Assembly: GCA_052090925.1 (NCBI GenBank)
Contig: JBQDBM010000012.1
Coordinates: 6,679 to 70,678 of the forward strand
Source: Leucobacter sp.
GTDB lineage: Bacteria > Actinomycetota > Actinomycetes > Actinomycetales > Microbacteriaceae
Reading direction: 5' to 3'
Length of the DNA: 64,000 nt
Shown here: positions 24,197 through 32,683 of the stretch, piece by piece
Numbering within the stretch: position 1 is the stretch's first letter
Layout of the letters: every line of letters begins with the position of its first letter
Position numbers and translations under genes: made by a program
Notes under the pieces: generated by a model
Seen by the model: only the letters and a program-made list of their open reading frames with translations
Told to the model about the DNA's origin: nothing
The model's database searches: none

Positions 24197-24664
24197 GTGG
24201 CACGCGCGCACGTTGATCTGGAGCTCCGTTGGGGTGACCAAGATGCGTACGGGCACGTGAATAATGTTGCGTACGCGCGCTATCTCGAGGAGGCGCGCGT
24301 ACGCGTATTCTGGCGCGGCACAGGCCGGGAACACACCGGCATGGAAGGCCACTTCCGTGGGGACACTCCAGAAGGCCCCAAGATGCTCGTCGCAGGGCAG
24401 CAGATCGAGTTTCTTGATGTGCTTGAGTATGGTGACTCACGTATTACCGTCGAGATTTGGATCGGAAAAGTGGGCGGGTCAAGCCTCGAACTGCACTACG
24501 AAGTTGTGGATGGTGCGAGTTCGGCACGGCGTATTGTCGCGCGAGCGATCACGACAGTTGTGATCGTGCATGGGACATCGCTACGCCCGCTCAAACTCAG
24601 CCCTGAGGCGCGGGCGTCGATAGCACCGTGGACCGATACACCCGTGAAGATGCGCCGCGCCTAA
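24197..24664 (+). CDS. Acyl-CoA thioesterase, hotdog fold (YbgC/4HBT-like)
   Basis: 155-aa ORF with the DQDAYGHVNNVAYARYLEEAR motif typical of 4HBT-class thioesterases, 4 nt after the ettA stop. Confidence 0.75.
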   Translation: MARAHVDLELRWGDQDAYGHVNNVAYARYLEEARVRVFWRGTGREHTGMEGHFRGDTPEGPKMLVAGQQIEFLDVLEYGDSRITVEIWIGKVGGSSLELHYEVVDGASSARRIVARAITTVVIVHGTSLRPLKLSPEARASIAPWTDTPVKMRRA

Positions 24665-24679
24665 CTTGCGTGACTTTAC

Positions 24680-25546
24680 CTATTTCTCTGGGAGACGCAG
24701 CATACTTTCTTGGGCGACGCTCGCTACGAGCTCGCCCGCGCGGTTGTAGAACTTGCCGTGGGCGAGCCCTCGCCCTGACTGTGCAGTTGGGGATTCGAGC
24801 TCGTACAGGAGCCACTCGTCGACTCTGAATGGGCGATGGAACCACATTGCGTGATCCAGGCTTGCTCCGCGCATGCCTGGAGTGGCCCATGGCACTCCGT
24901 GTTTTCGGGCGATGGGTTCGAGGAGTAAGTAGTCGCTCGCGAATGCGAGTGCGGCCGCGTGGAGGAGATGACCATCGGGGAGAGTGTTTCGGGATCGCAA
25001 CCAGACGCGCTGCGAACTCACTCGCTCTGCGACGTTCAAGATGATGTCTGACTCGACATAGCGAAAATCGAATGGCCGATTGAGTACCCACGAGGCTCGC
25101 CCCTCACCTGCGAGATGTCCGTAGCGTTCCCATACGGTCGGCAGGTCTTCTGGAGCAGCGACACTTTCTGTATCGAATTGCTCCTGGTGCTCCAGGCCGT
25201 CCGATGGCTCCTGAAACGAGGCAATCATTGACATGAGTGCTTCACCCTCTTGATAGCCTTGCGCGCGTCTCGTCGAGAAAGATCGGCCATCGTGGAGCCG
25301 CGCTACTTCGAAGGTCATGTGCTTCTCGCTGTTACCCGGCCGCAGGAAATACCCATGCATGGAGTGGATCTCCCGGCCATCCGGAACAGTCGTGCCCGAG
25401 GCAGCGAGCGCCTGACCAATGACCTGTCCACCAAATGATCGACCGTGAGGCGTCGGGAAAGCGGGGCCCGTGAGGATGTCATCACGAGTGCGCGCGCCGG
25501 AGTCGATGACGGCAAGCATGGCTACGAGATCCTGATCGTCAGTCAT
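24680..25546 (-). CDS. tesB: Acyl-CoA thioesterase II (TesB-like, double hotdog)
   Basis: 288-aa ORF with typical TesB patterns (RSFGGQVIGQAL, HSMHGYFLRPG, SLDHAMWFHRP). GGAGG lies 4 nt before the ATG. Confidence 0.85.
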   Translation of the reverse strand: MTDDQDLVAMLAVIDSGARTRDDILTGPAFPTPHGRSFGGQVIGQALAASGTTVPDGREIHSMHGYFLRPGNSEKHMTFEVARLHDGRSFSTRRAQGYQEGEALMSMIASFQEPSDGLEHQEQFDTESVAAPEDLPTVWERYGHLAGEGRASWVLNRPFDFRYVESDIILNVAERVSSQRVWLRSRNTLPDGHLLHAAALAFASDYLLLEPIARKHGVPWATPGMRGASLDHAMWFHRPFRVDEWLLYELESPTAQSGRGLAHGKFYNRAGELVASVAQESMLRLPEK

Positions 25547-25613
25547 GGGTCCTCCTCAGTGAGCAAATGAACATGTCGTGTCAGTCTATTGCTGCCGGGT
25601 ATCCTTAGAGGAG

Positions 25614-26264
25614 ATGACCGAATCGTTGCTGCTTATTGATCACGCCACACGTGATGACCTGCGGATTTTTCTTGAACGACTCTCCAGAGTCGGCCAGCCT
25701 GAAGTGCGTATGGTGACGCGAGGGCACACGCTCGCGGTGTATGGCTGCACGCAGGTGCCGCGCGGGATCATGGACTCGGTACCCGTGGTGCTCGTGATGC
25801 GGGCATTCGCACTGACGTCGGCTCCAGAGGCACCTGTCGATACGACCGTGCAGTCGAGGTCGGTGCTCGATCGGATCGCGAGACTTGGAATTATCGGGCT
25901 CGCACTCGACGTCCCGGATGTCACAACAATTGTGTCGTGGGCGGGCGTGTTGCCGCCGCAGACAGGGTGGAACCCACTGGGTGAGATCGACGGGAACTCG
26001 CTTGCGCAAGTCGCGAAAGAGGGGATCACGCGGGTTGCAGACTTGCTTCCGCAAGACCCCGGGGAGGCTGTTGTTCACACCGTGAGGAGTTCAGTCTGGG
26101 GAATGGAGATTGCGCCCGGGGTTCCGGCAGCGACAGCATTTGCTGCCGAATCAATGGGGTTTCTCAGTGGGGAGGAACCGCTCAGGCTCACGCGTACGCA
26201 GACGTGGGTTCGTCTGAGTTCAGACCACGGACACGTGCTGGTTCGTACACTCATGGGGGAGTGA
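25614..26264 (+). CDS. Hypothetical protein (no family recognised)
   Basis: ORF 25578-26264. AGAGGAG lies directly before ATG 25614. Codon usage looks coding. No motif recognised. Confidence 0.55.
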   Translation: MTESLLLIDHATRDDLRIFLERLSRVGQPEVRMVTRGHTLAVYGCTQVPRGIMDSVPVVLVMRAFALTSAPEAPVDTTVQSRSVLDRIARLGIIGLALDVPDVTTIVSWAGVLPPQTGWNPLGEIDGNSLAQVAKEGITRVADLLPQDPGEAVVHTVRSSVWGMEIAPGVPAATAFAAESMGFLSGEEPLRLTRTQTWVRLSSDHGHVLVRTLMGE

Positions 26265-26356
26265 CATCTCGCGATTCATCGAGCGCGGTTGAAGTCTGAG
26301 TGGGTGTGCATCGAACCTGGGCTAGAATAGGACGGTCAACCACTGAGGAGAGTTTC

Positions 26357-26611
26357 ATGGCCAACCCCAACGGCATCATCGACCCGCCCATCGACGATCT
26401 GCTCGAGAAGGTCGATTCGAAGTATGCGCTTGTAACGTTCGCGTCGCAGCGTGCACGTCAGATCAACGAGTACTACGCAGACCTGCACGACGGTAATCTC
26501 TTTGAGAATGTCGGACCGCTTGTTGATTCGTCAGTAGACGACAAGCCGTTATCGATCGCACTGCACGAGATCGTCGAGGGTAAACTCACGATGAAACGAC
26601 GTTCGGAGTAA
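26357..26611 (+). CDS. rpoZ: DNA-directed RNA polymerase subunit omega
   Basis: ORF 26300-26611. GAGGAG lies 6 nt before ATG 26357. The product begins [37 protein letters not shown], typical of RpoZ. Confidence 0.9.
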   Translation: MANPNGIIDPPIDDLLEKVDSKYALVTFASQRARQINEYYADLHDGNLFENVGPLVDSSVDDKPLSIALHEIVEGKLTMKRRSE

Positions 26612-26795
26612 CTCTCAGCTGTCGCGTGGAGTAATGTTTGACAGCTCGAACGGGCTGTGTCGGTGGCGTCGGTTACCCTAGTTTTGGGGCCGGCGCCGCT
26701 TCCGTATTTGGGTGACTCAGACCGCTCAAATTGCCGCGGTGTGCAGATGACCTCAGCATTCACCCCGTTTTTCCACCCCTTCCGATAGGAGCATC

Positions 26796-27986
26796 GTGTC
26801 GCTGCGTCAGTTCACCTCCGAATCTGTGACAGAGGGACATCCCGATAAAATTTGCGACCGCATTTCGGATTCCATATTGGACGCGATGCTTGAACAAGAC
26901 CGTGGCGCGAGGGTCGCCGTGGAAACCTTGGTCACCACCGGGCTCGTACATGTTGCGGGCGAGGTCTCAACCTCAGGCTATGTTGAGATTCCACAACTCG
27001 TGCGCTCTGCGATCGGCGAGATCGGGTACACAAGCTCCGACATGGGGTTTGACGCAGCCTCGTGTGGAGTTTCGATCTCGATTGGCCAGCAATCGCCCGA
27101 TATTGCGAGCGGCGTCGACGTCTCACTCGAGGAGCGCAGCGGCGCGGGTGAGGACGAGCTGAGCCGGCAGGGTGCTGGTGACCAGGGAATCATGTTTGGT
27201 TTCGCAACGGATGAGACTCCCGAGTTGCACCCCCTTCCGAGCTGGATTGCGCATCGGCTCGCGGAACAGCTAACTCTGGCGCGCAAAAGCGGTGCTGTAC
27301 CTGAGCTTCGTCCAGATGGGAAGACCCAGGTCACGATCGGGTATGACGGTGATCGGGCAGCATCGGTCGAGGCAGTAGTCGTGTCAACGCAGCACAGCTC
27401 TGATATTTCGCAGGCGTCACTTCGCGACGTGATTGAGCGCGAGGTGATTCGGCCAGTTCTAGAACGCGTGGACCTGCCGAGTACTCAGACCGAAATGATC
27501 ATCAACCCGGCGGGTCCATTCGTGATTGGCGGCCCCATGGGTGATGCAGGTCTGACCGGGCGGAAAGTCATCATTGACACCTACGGTGGGTCGAGCCGGC
27601 ACGGCGGCGGTGCGTTCAGCGGAAAAGACCCATCCAAGGTGGATCGCTCAGCGGCGTATGCAATGCGCTGGGTCGCCAAGCACGTGGTACGCGCAGGCCT
27701 GGCAAAACGAGCAGAGCTGCAGGTAGCGTACGCGATAGGGCGCGCCCAGCCAGTCGGCCTCTACGTAGAAACATTCGGTACAGAGACTGTGCCTACCGAG
27801 CGAATTGAAGCGGCTGTGCGACAGGTCTTTGACCTCCGCCCGCTCGCGATCATTCGAGATCTTGATCTGTTGCGACCTATCTACGCTCAAACTTCCGCAT
27901 ATGGCCATTTCGGCCGGGAACTGCCCGGATTTACCTGGGAGCAGACTCCGCGCGTGGCTGAGCTGCGCGTGGCTGCCGGCTTGTAG
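26796..27986 (+). CDS. metK: S-adenosylmethionine synthase MetK
   Basis: 396-aa ORF with [28 protein letters not shown] and [21 protein letters not shown] lies 4 nt before the GTG. Confidence 0.96.
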   Translation: MSLRQFTSESVTEGHPDKICDRISDSILDAMLEQDRGARVAVETLVTTGLVHVAGEVSTSGYVEIPQLVRSAIGEIGYTSSDMGFDAASCGVSISIGQQSPDIASGVDVSLEERSGAGEDELSRQGAGDQGIMFGFATDETPELHPLPSWIAHRLAEQLTLARKSGAVPELRPDGKTQVTIGYDGDRAASVEAVVVSTQHSSDISQASLRDVIEREVIRPVLERVDLPSTQTEMIINPAGPFVIGGPMGDAGLTGRKVIIDTYGGSSRHGGGAFSGKDPSKVDRSAAYAMRWVAKHVVRAGLAKRAELQVAYAIGRAQPVGLYVETFGTETVPTERIEAAVRQVFDLRPLAIIRDLDLLRPIYAQTSAYGHFGRELPGFTWEQTPRVAELRVAAGL

Positions 27987-27993
27987 GTACGCA

Positions 27994-30000
27994 GTGAGCA
28001 CTGCGTTCGAACGCGCGGAAGCGGCGAATGGTCGCCCGGTTGCACAGGTGCTGCTTGACTCCGTACTGCCTCAACTCGACCACCTGTTCGACTACGCGGT
28101 GCCCGATGAGCTGGCCGACACGATCCGGGTCGGCCAGCGCGTTCGTGTGCCATTTCGTTCTCGTGAACGGAAGAGTTTTGGGTATGTCGTCGGCTTTGCA
28201 GACCGCAGCGAGTTTGGTGGCGAGCTATCTGCGATTGCGGACGTCGTGTCGCAGGTTCCGCAGCTCACACCGGAGATCTGGCAGCTCGCACGTGCAATTG
28301 CTGACCGAGCGGGAGGCAGCGCCTGTGACATTCTTCGTCTCGCCATTCCACTGCGCCAAGTACGTGTCGAAAAGCAGCACCTTGGAGGTACCGCAGCCGA
28401 TCCGGGGGAACACGACAGCACCTATTCGGTGAGCGAAGCTGAGGCGAGACTCTCTGACCCGCTGCTTGCCGGTGATCGTCTAGCTCTGACCGCCTCACAC
28501 GGGCCTGTACGGCTTGAGACGGGTGAATGGGTGGCCGCATATGCAGAACTCCTTGCGCGGACGGCCCTCTCCGTGCACGCACATGGAAAAAGCGTGATCG
28601 TGATTGTCCCAGATTATCGAGACCTCGACCAGGTGCGAGATGCACTTGCAGCACTGGGGCACCGCGGGGTGGTGCGGGTCGACTCACGACAGTCAAATAG
28701 CGAACGCTACGCGGGGTTTCTTCGTGCGCTCGACGACGTGCCACGCATCGTACTCGGCAACCGCTCAGCAGTATACGCACCCGCGCACAACCTCGGGGCG
28801 ATTCTCCTCTGGGATGACGGAGACCCGGTGCTCGCTGAACCACTCACGCCATACGTGCATGCCCGCGACGCAGCACTGGTGCGAGCGGATCAGTCAGGCG
28901 CTGGATTATTGTTCACAGGTCACACCCGGAGCGCTGAAGTCCAGCGCCTCATTGAACTGGGATATGTGAAAGCACAAGAGAACCCGCCGAAACGCACGCG
29001 AATAGTGCACGCCGATGCCTCAATGACCCCCGATGTGTTTGCGGGTCGCGTGCCCGAGTACGCAGCTCGAGTGATCCGCGACGGGCTGAAAAAAGGACCG
29101 GTACTTGTACAGGTGGCAACCCCCGGATACGCTCCGGTAGCGGTGTGTCGCGACTGCGGCGACCTTGCACGGTGTGGAGCATGTGCGGGCCCCATTGGCT
29201 TTCGCACTGCGGCGCGCGGTGCGTGCAGATGGTGTGGGGAGTACGCACACTCGTGGCAGTGCCGTGGGTGCGGTGGGCGCGTACTCGAGCAGCGCGGCAT
29301 GGGTGCTGGGCGTACGGTCGAACAGTTTGAAAAGCAGTTCGAGGGAACACGGGTACTACTCAGCGACGGTGAGCATCCCAGGGAAGCTGTCGATGCACGC
29401 CCCGCGCTCGTCGTCGCGACTCGTGGGGCTGAGCCGCTTGCCGCGGGCGGATATCAAGCAGTGGTGTTACTCGATGTCGAGCGCTTGCTCGGGATCGAAT
29501 CACTGCGTGCAGCAGAGGATTGCCTACGATGGTGGGAGAACGCTGCGGCACTTGCCGCCTCAGATGGTGTCTGCCTCGTGGCCTCCGGGGGTGGGCCGGT
29601 GGTGCAGGCGTTTGTTACCGGACGTACCGAAGAGTGGCTTCGTGACGAGCTGAGGGACCGCCAGGCCCTACGGTACCCGCCCGCAATTCGAGTGGCGAGT
29701 GTGCGCGGCGGCCCGGAAGAGGTGGGGCGTGCACTCGATACGCTTGACCGGCTGAGCGGCGTAGACCATCTCGGACCGACGGCCGTGCCACCGGAGAAAG
29801 GGCAGGAGCGAGCCGGTATCGTCCGCGCAATTGTTCGCTTCGAATATGCGCAAGGGGCGGAAGTTTCGAAGCGCCTGCGAGGCGCTCTTGTTGCTGATGC
29901 CGCCGGCTCGACGTCTCGTCAGCGCGGGAAAGGCCCGGGCCGCGCCAGGCCAGAGGCTCTCCGCCTGCGCTTTGACGACCGGGGAGTGTTTGACTTTTAG
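27994..30000 (+). CDS. priA: Primosomal protein N' (PriA) homologue with degenerate ATPase motifs
   Basis: ORF 27805-30000, with in-frame GTG 27994 just after the metK stop. It has a PriA-like N-terminus (VAQVLLDSVLPQLDHLFDYAVP), a Cys-rich zinc-binding insert (CRDCGDLARCGAC...CRWCG...CRGCGG) and YVHARDAAL. Confidence 0.85.
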   Translation: MSTAFERAEAANGRPVAQVLLDSVLPQLDHLFDYAVPDELADTIRVGQRVRVPFRSRERKSFGYVVGFADRSEFGGELSAIADVVSQVPQLTPEIWQLARAIADRAGGSACDILRLAIPLRQVRVEKQHLGGTAADPGEHDSTYSVSEAEARLSDPLLAGDRLALTASHGPVRLETGEWVAAYAELLARTALSVHAHGKSVIVIVPDYRDLDQVRDALAALGHRGVVRVDSRQSNSERYAGFLRALDDVPRIVLGNRSAVYAPAHNLGAILLWDDGDPVLAEPLTPYVHARDAALVRADQSGAGLLFTGHTRSAEVQRLIELGYVKAQENPPKRTRIVHADASMTPDVFAGRVPEYAARVIRDGLKKGPVLVQVATPGYAPVAVCRDCGDLARCGACAGPIGFRTAARGACRWCGEYAHSWQCRGCGGRVLEQRGMGAGRTVEQFEKQFEGTRVLLSDGEHPREAVDARPALVVATRGAEPLAAGGYQAVVLLDVERLLGIESLRAAEDCLRWWENAAALAASDGVCLVASGGGPVVQAFVTGRTEEWLRDELRDRQALRYPPAIRVASVRGGPEEVGRALDTLDRLSGVDHLGPTAVPPEKGQERAGIVRAIVRFEYAQGAEVSKRLRGALVADAAGSTSRQRGKGPGRARPEALRLRFDDRGVFDF

Positions 30001-30009
30001 TTCAGCGAA

Positions 30010-30207
30010 TTACTCTGAATCGTCGCGGTTCCTGTCGCCACGTTTGCGGTGTCGCGTGCCCAGTCGTCCATCGACCTCATCGGCGAAACTCGTGTTGCGG
30101 GCAGTGGATGGAGACTCAGCCTGCCAAGTTTCTTCGAGATCGGCACGGAGGATCTGCTCTTGGACGGGCTTCTCGTACTCATCGTTGGGATCAGGCACGG
30201 TAGTCAT
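30010..30207 (-). CDS. Small hypothetical protein (65 aa, charged)
   Basis: This is the 3' part of track ORF 30010-30807, from ATG 30207: MTTVPDPNDEYEKPVQEQILRADLEETWQAESPS...RKRGDRNRDDSE. It fills the priA-fmt gap and is preceded by TATGCT with a 6-nt gap. Confidence 0.4.
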   Translation of the reverse strand: MTTVPDPNDEYEKPVQEQILRADLEETWQAESPSTARNTSFADEVDGRLGTRHRKRGDRNRDDSE

Positions 30208-30213
30208 GCTTTG

Positions 30214-30219
30214 AGCATA
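30214..30219 (-). promoter_or_regulatory. Candidate -10 hexamer TATGCT (minus strand), 6 nt upstream of ATG 30207
   Basis: Fits TANNNT. The gap is caaagc. This supports a leaderless small ORF. Confidence 0.35.
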
Positions 30220-30292
30220 CGTGAAGGAGATGAGCGTGTGTGGGAACCGTGGCGGAACGAAACGAGACCTAAGAAACTGCAAGAATGGGACG

Positions 30293-31216
30293 ATGAGGAT
30301 TGTCTTTGCAGGAACCCCGGAGTTTGCCGTGCCCAGCCTGCGCGCACTCGTCGATGCAGGCCATGACGTGGTCGAGGTGATCACTCGTGAGGACGCTCGG
30401 GTTGGGCGGAAGCGGGTGCTCACACCTTCTCCCGTCGCTCTGGCCGCGAATGAGCTTGGGATTGGTGTGTATAAGACCAATCGTCTTGATGATTCCTCTA
30501 CTGACCGCGTTGAGTCGCTGAATGTCGACCTTGGAGTCATCGTCGCGTACGGCGGATTCGTGCGAGAGCCACTCCTCAGCCTGCCGACACACGGGTGGAT
30601 CAATCTGCACTTCTCAGACCTCCCGAGGTGGCGTGGCGCCGCGCCCGTGCAGCGCGCACTCATGGCTGGTGAGTCTCGCCTGGGGGTCACTGTATTTCGG
30701 CTCGTTGAGGCATTGGACGCCGGCGATGTGCTCACGCGCGATACGCGGACCTTTCCACCCGGCACATCTGCGGGGCTCGCGCTCACGCAGCTCGCGCATG
30801 CGGGCACTCAGGCATTACTGGCTGCTGTCGAGACGCTCGAAGCACACAGCGGCGCTGGCGAGCCGCAGCACGGGGAGACGACGTACGCCCACAAGCTCAC
30901 GCGTGAGGACGGTCGTCTAGACCTTCAACAGCCGGCGGTCCAGGTGCTTGCACACTGGGCAGGTGTGACGCCTGAACCAGGAGCATTTGTCACACACGAA
31001 GGTCAGCCGCTGAAATTGCACGAGGTTGTGCCAGCGGCGGGCCGTCGCGACGCTGCACGCGGAGCAGTGGAGCTCATCGAGGATGCGGCGATCCTACATC
31101 TGGGCGATGGAGATGCGGCAGCGCTTGAACTCTTGCGTGTGCAGCCAGCTGGAAAGCCCGTCATGGATGGAGTCGCATGGTTGCGCGGACGCGGGGGAAA
31201 GGCGGACCTCTCATGA
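30293..31216 (+). CDS. fmt: Methionyl-tRNA formyltransferase
   Basis: ORF 30221-31216. ATG 30293 gives MRIVFAGTPEFAVPSL, and the HGWINLHFSDLPRWRGAAPVQRA motif is present. Confidence 0.93.
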   Translation: MRIVFAGTPEFAVPSLRALVDAGHDVVEVITREDARVGRKRVLTPSPVALAANELGIGVYKTNRLDDSSTDRVESLNVDLGVIVAYGGFVREPLLSLPTHGWINLHFSDLPRWRGAAPVQRALMAGESRLGVTVFRLVEALDAGDVLTRDTRTFPPGTSAGLALTQLAHAGTQALLAAVETLEAHSGAGEPQHGETTYAHKLTREDGRLDLQQPAVQVLAHWAGVTPEPGAFVTHEGQPLKLHEVVPAAGRRDAARGAVELIEDAAILHLGDGDAAALELLRVQPAGKPVMDGVAWLRGRGGKADLS

Positions 31217-32661
31217 GCGGATCAAAGTCTAGTCGCGGAGGAGCGCCAGCAACACGAATCTCGCCGGCACGAATCGTGGCATACGACGTGCTTCGCGACG
31301 TCGATGATCGAGATGCGTACGCGAACCTGGCACTCCCTGCACGTATCCGCGACGCGCGACTCGACGGGAGAGACGCGGCACTCGCCACGGAACTTGTGTC
31401 GGGTGCACTCCGAGGCCGGGGGAGATATGACCGCATTATTGAGCTCGCATCAAACCGCAGCATCACACAGGTCGATGGACGAACACGAAACGTATTGCGC
31501 CTCGGCATTCACCAGCTCCTTGCGATGCGCACGGCCGCTCACGCAGCGGTCAATGAAAGTGTCGAGCTACAGCGTCGCGTAGCGAGCCGCTCAGCCGCGG
31601 GATTCGTGAATGGTGTGTTGCGCACGGTCGGTCGTGCCACGGGAGACGAATGGGATGAGCGAATCGCGGCTGAATCGAAGACTGCCGACGAATCACTTGC
31701 ACTTCGAACCTCTCACCCTGCCTGGATCTTGCGCGCGCTTCGGGCAGCACTGAAAACAGAGAAACGTGAGGACGAGCTGGAGGCATTGCTCCAGGCAAAT
31801 AATGAGGCGCCGAAAGTGAATTTAGTACTCCTCCCGGGTGCTGACGTGGATGTAACCACGGCCGAAGCTCTCGGTAGTGAGCTCGGAGTACGCGCAACAG
31901 GCGTATCGCCGCTCGGGCTCGAGATCTCGGGCGGTGATCCGACTCGTGCGATTGATGCACTCAACCTGCCAGAGGGGTGGGCAAGGGTGCAAGATCAAGG
32001 CTCGCAACTCGCTGCACTCGCGCTGACACGCGCGACTTCGGTTCGTGCGGGGGAGCGCTGGCTCGACCTGTGTGCTGGTCCAGGAGGAAAGACTGCCATC
32101 CTGGCCGCAGAGGCACGCCTGAGCGGGGCACGGCTCCGAGCAAACGAGGTATCGGAGCATCGCACTGAGCTCGTGCGCCGGGCCATCACCACGTTTGAGG
32201 GCGAGGTTGAAGTCGTCTCACACGACGGTCGTGAGGCGGGCGCGTTTGGGATCGAACCAAACGCGGAGCAGTACGACCGGATCCTGGTTGATGCACCATG
32301 TTCAGGGCTCGGCGCACTACGGCGTCGCCCGGAAGCGCGCTGGCGCAAAGCCCCGAGCGACCTCCCAGAATTGACAGCTCTCCAGGGTCAGTTGCTTGAC
32401 CGCGCCGTAGAGCACCTGAAGCCAGGCGGCGTGCTTGCCTACGTGACATGTTCACCGCATCTCGCGGAGACGCGAGTCGTGCTCGAGGGTCTCCTCAAAC
32501 GCCATTCGGAGCTCACGGAACTCGATGCTCGGACAGTGCTCAGCGGTATCGCGCGCGGCGCACTTGATCTTGCAGGAAGTCACCTCAGCGCACAGTTGTG
32601 GCCACACCGCCACGGCACAGACGCGATGTTTATCGCGCTCGTACAGCGGGCAGTGCGCTGA
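31213..32661 (+). CDS. rsmB: 16S rRNA (cytosine-C5)-methyltransferase RsmB/Sun
   Basis: ORF 31177-32661. ATG 31213 overlaps the fmt stop (ATGA). It has a NusB-like N-terminal domain, a SAM motif DLCAGPGGKT and DAPCSGLGALRRRPE. Confidence 0.88.
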   Translation: MSGSKSSRGGAPATRISPARIVAYDVLRDVDDRDAYANLALPARIRDARLDGRDAALATELVSGALRGRGRYDRIIELASNRSITQVDGRTRNVLRLGIHQLLAMRTAAHAAVNESVELQRRVASRSAAGFVNGVLRTVGRATGDEWDERIAAESKTADESLALRTSHPAWILRALRAALKTEKREDELEALLQANNEAPKVNLVLLPGADVDVTTAEALGSELGVRATGVSPLGLEISGGDPTRAIDALNLPEGWARVQDQGSQLAALALTRATSVRAGERWLDLCAGPGGKTAILAAEARLSGARLRANEVSEHRTELVRRAITTFEGEVEVVSHDGREAGAFGIEPNAEQYDRILVDAPCSGLGALRRRPEARWRKAPSDLPELTALQGQLLDRAVEHLKPGGVLAYVTCSPHLAETRVVLEGLLKRHSELTELDARTVLSGIARGALDLAGSHLSAQLWPHRHGTDAMFIALVQRAVR

Positions 32662-32683
32662 GACGTCCAAGGGTTGCCGCGGA

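Noticed and set aside
26612-26795. Calling the metK leader a specific SAM riboswitch class (SAM-I, SAM-IV or SAM-VI)
   Set aside because: I could not align the conserved cores of those classes by eye, and the partial resemblances (CCGCGGTG...GATGACC) are too short to count. It is kept only as an unassigned candidate leader in the findings.
30281-30286. AAGAAT - 6 nt - ATG upstream of fmt as a twelfth leaderless promoter
   Set aside because: The hexamer lacks the invariant T at position 1 of TANNNT. It is left out of the count to keep the pattern conservative.
30208-30807. Upstream 200 codons of the 265-aa minus-strand track ORF 30010-30807
   Set aside because: This part is antisense to fmt, with an Arg/Ser/Pro-rich translation. 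Only the last 65 codons (30010-30207), which lie in the true intergenic gap and have their own ATG and -10 element, look like a gene.
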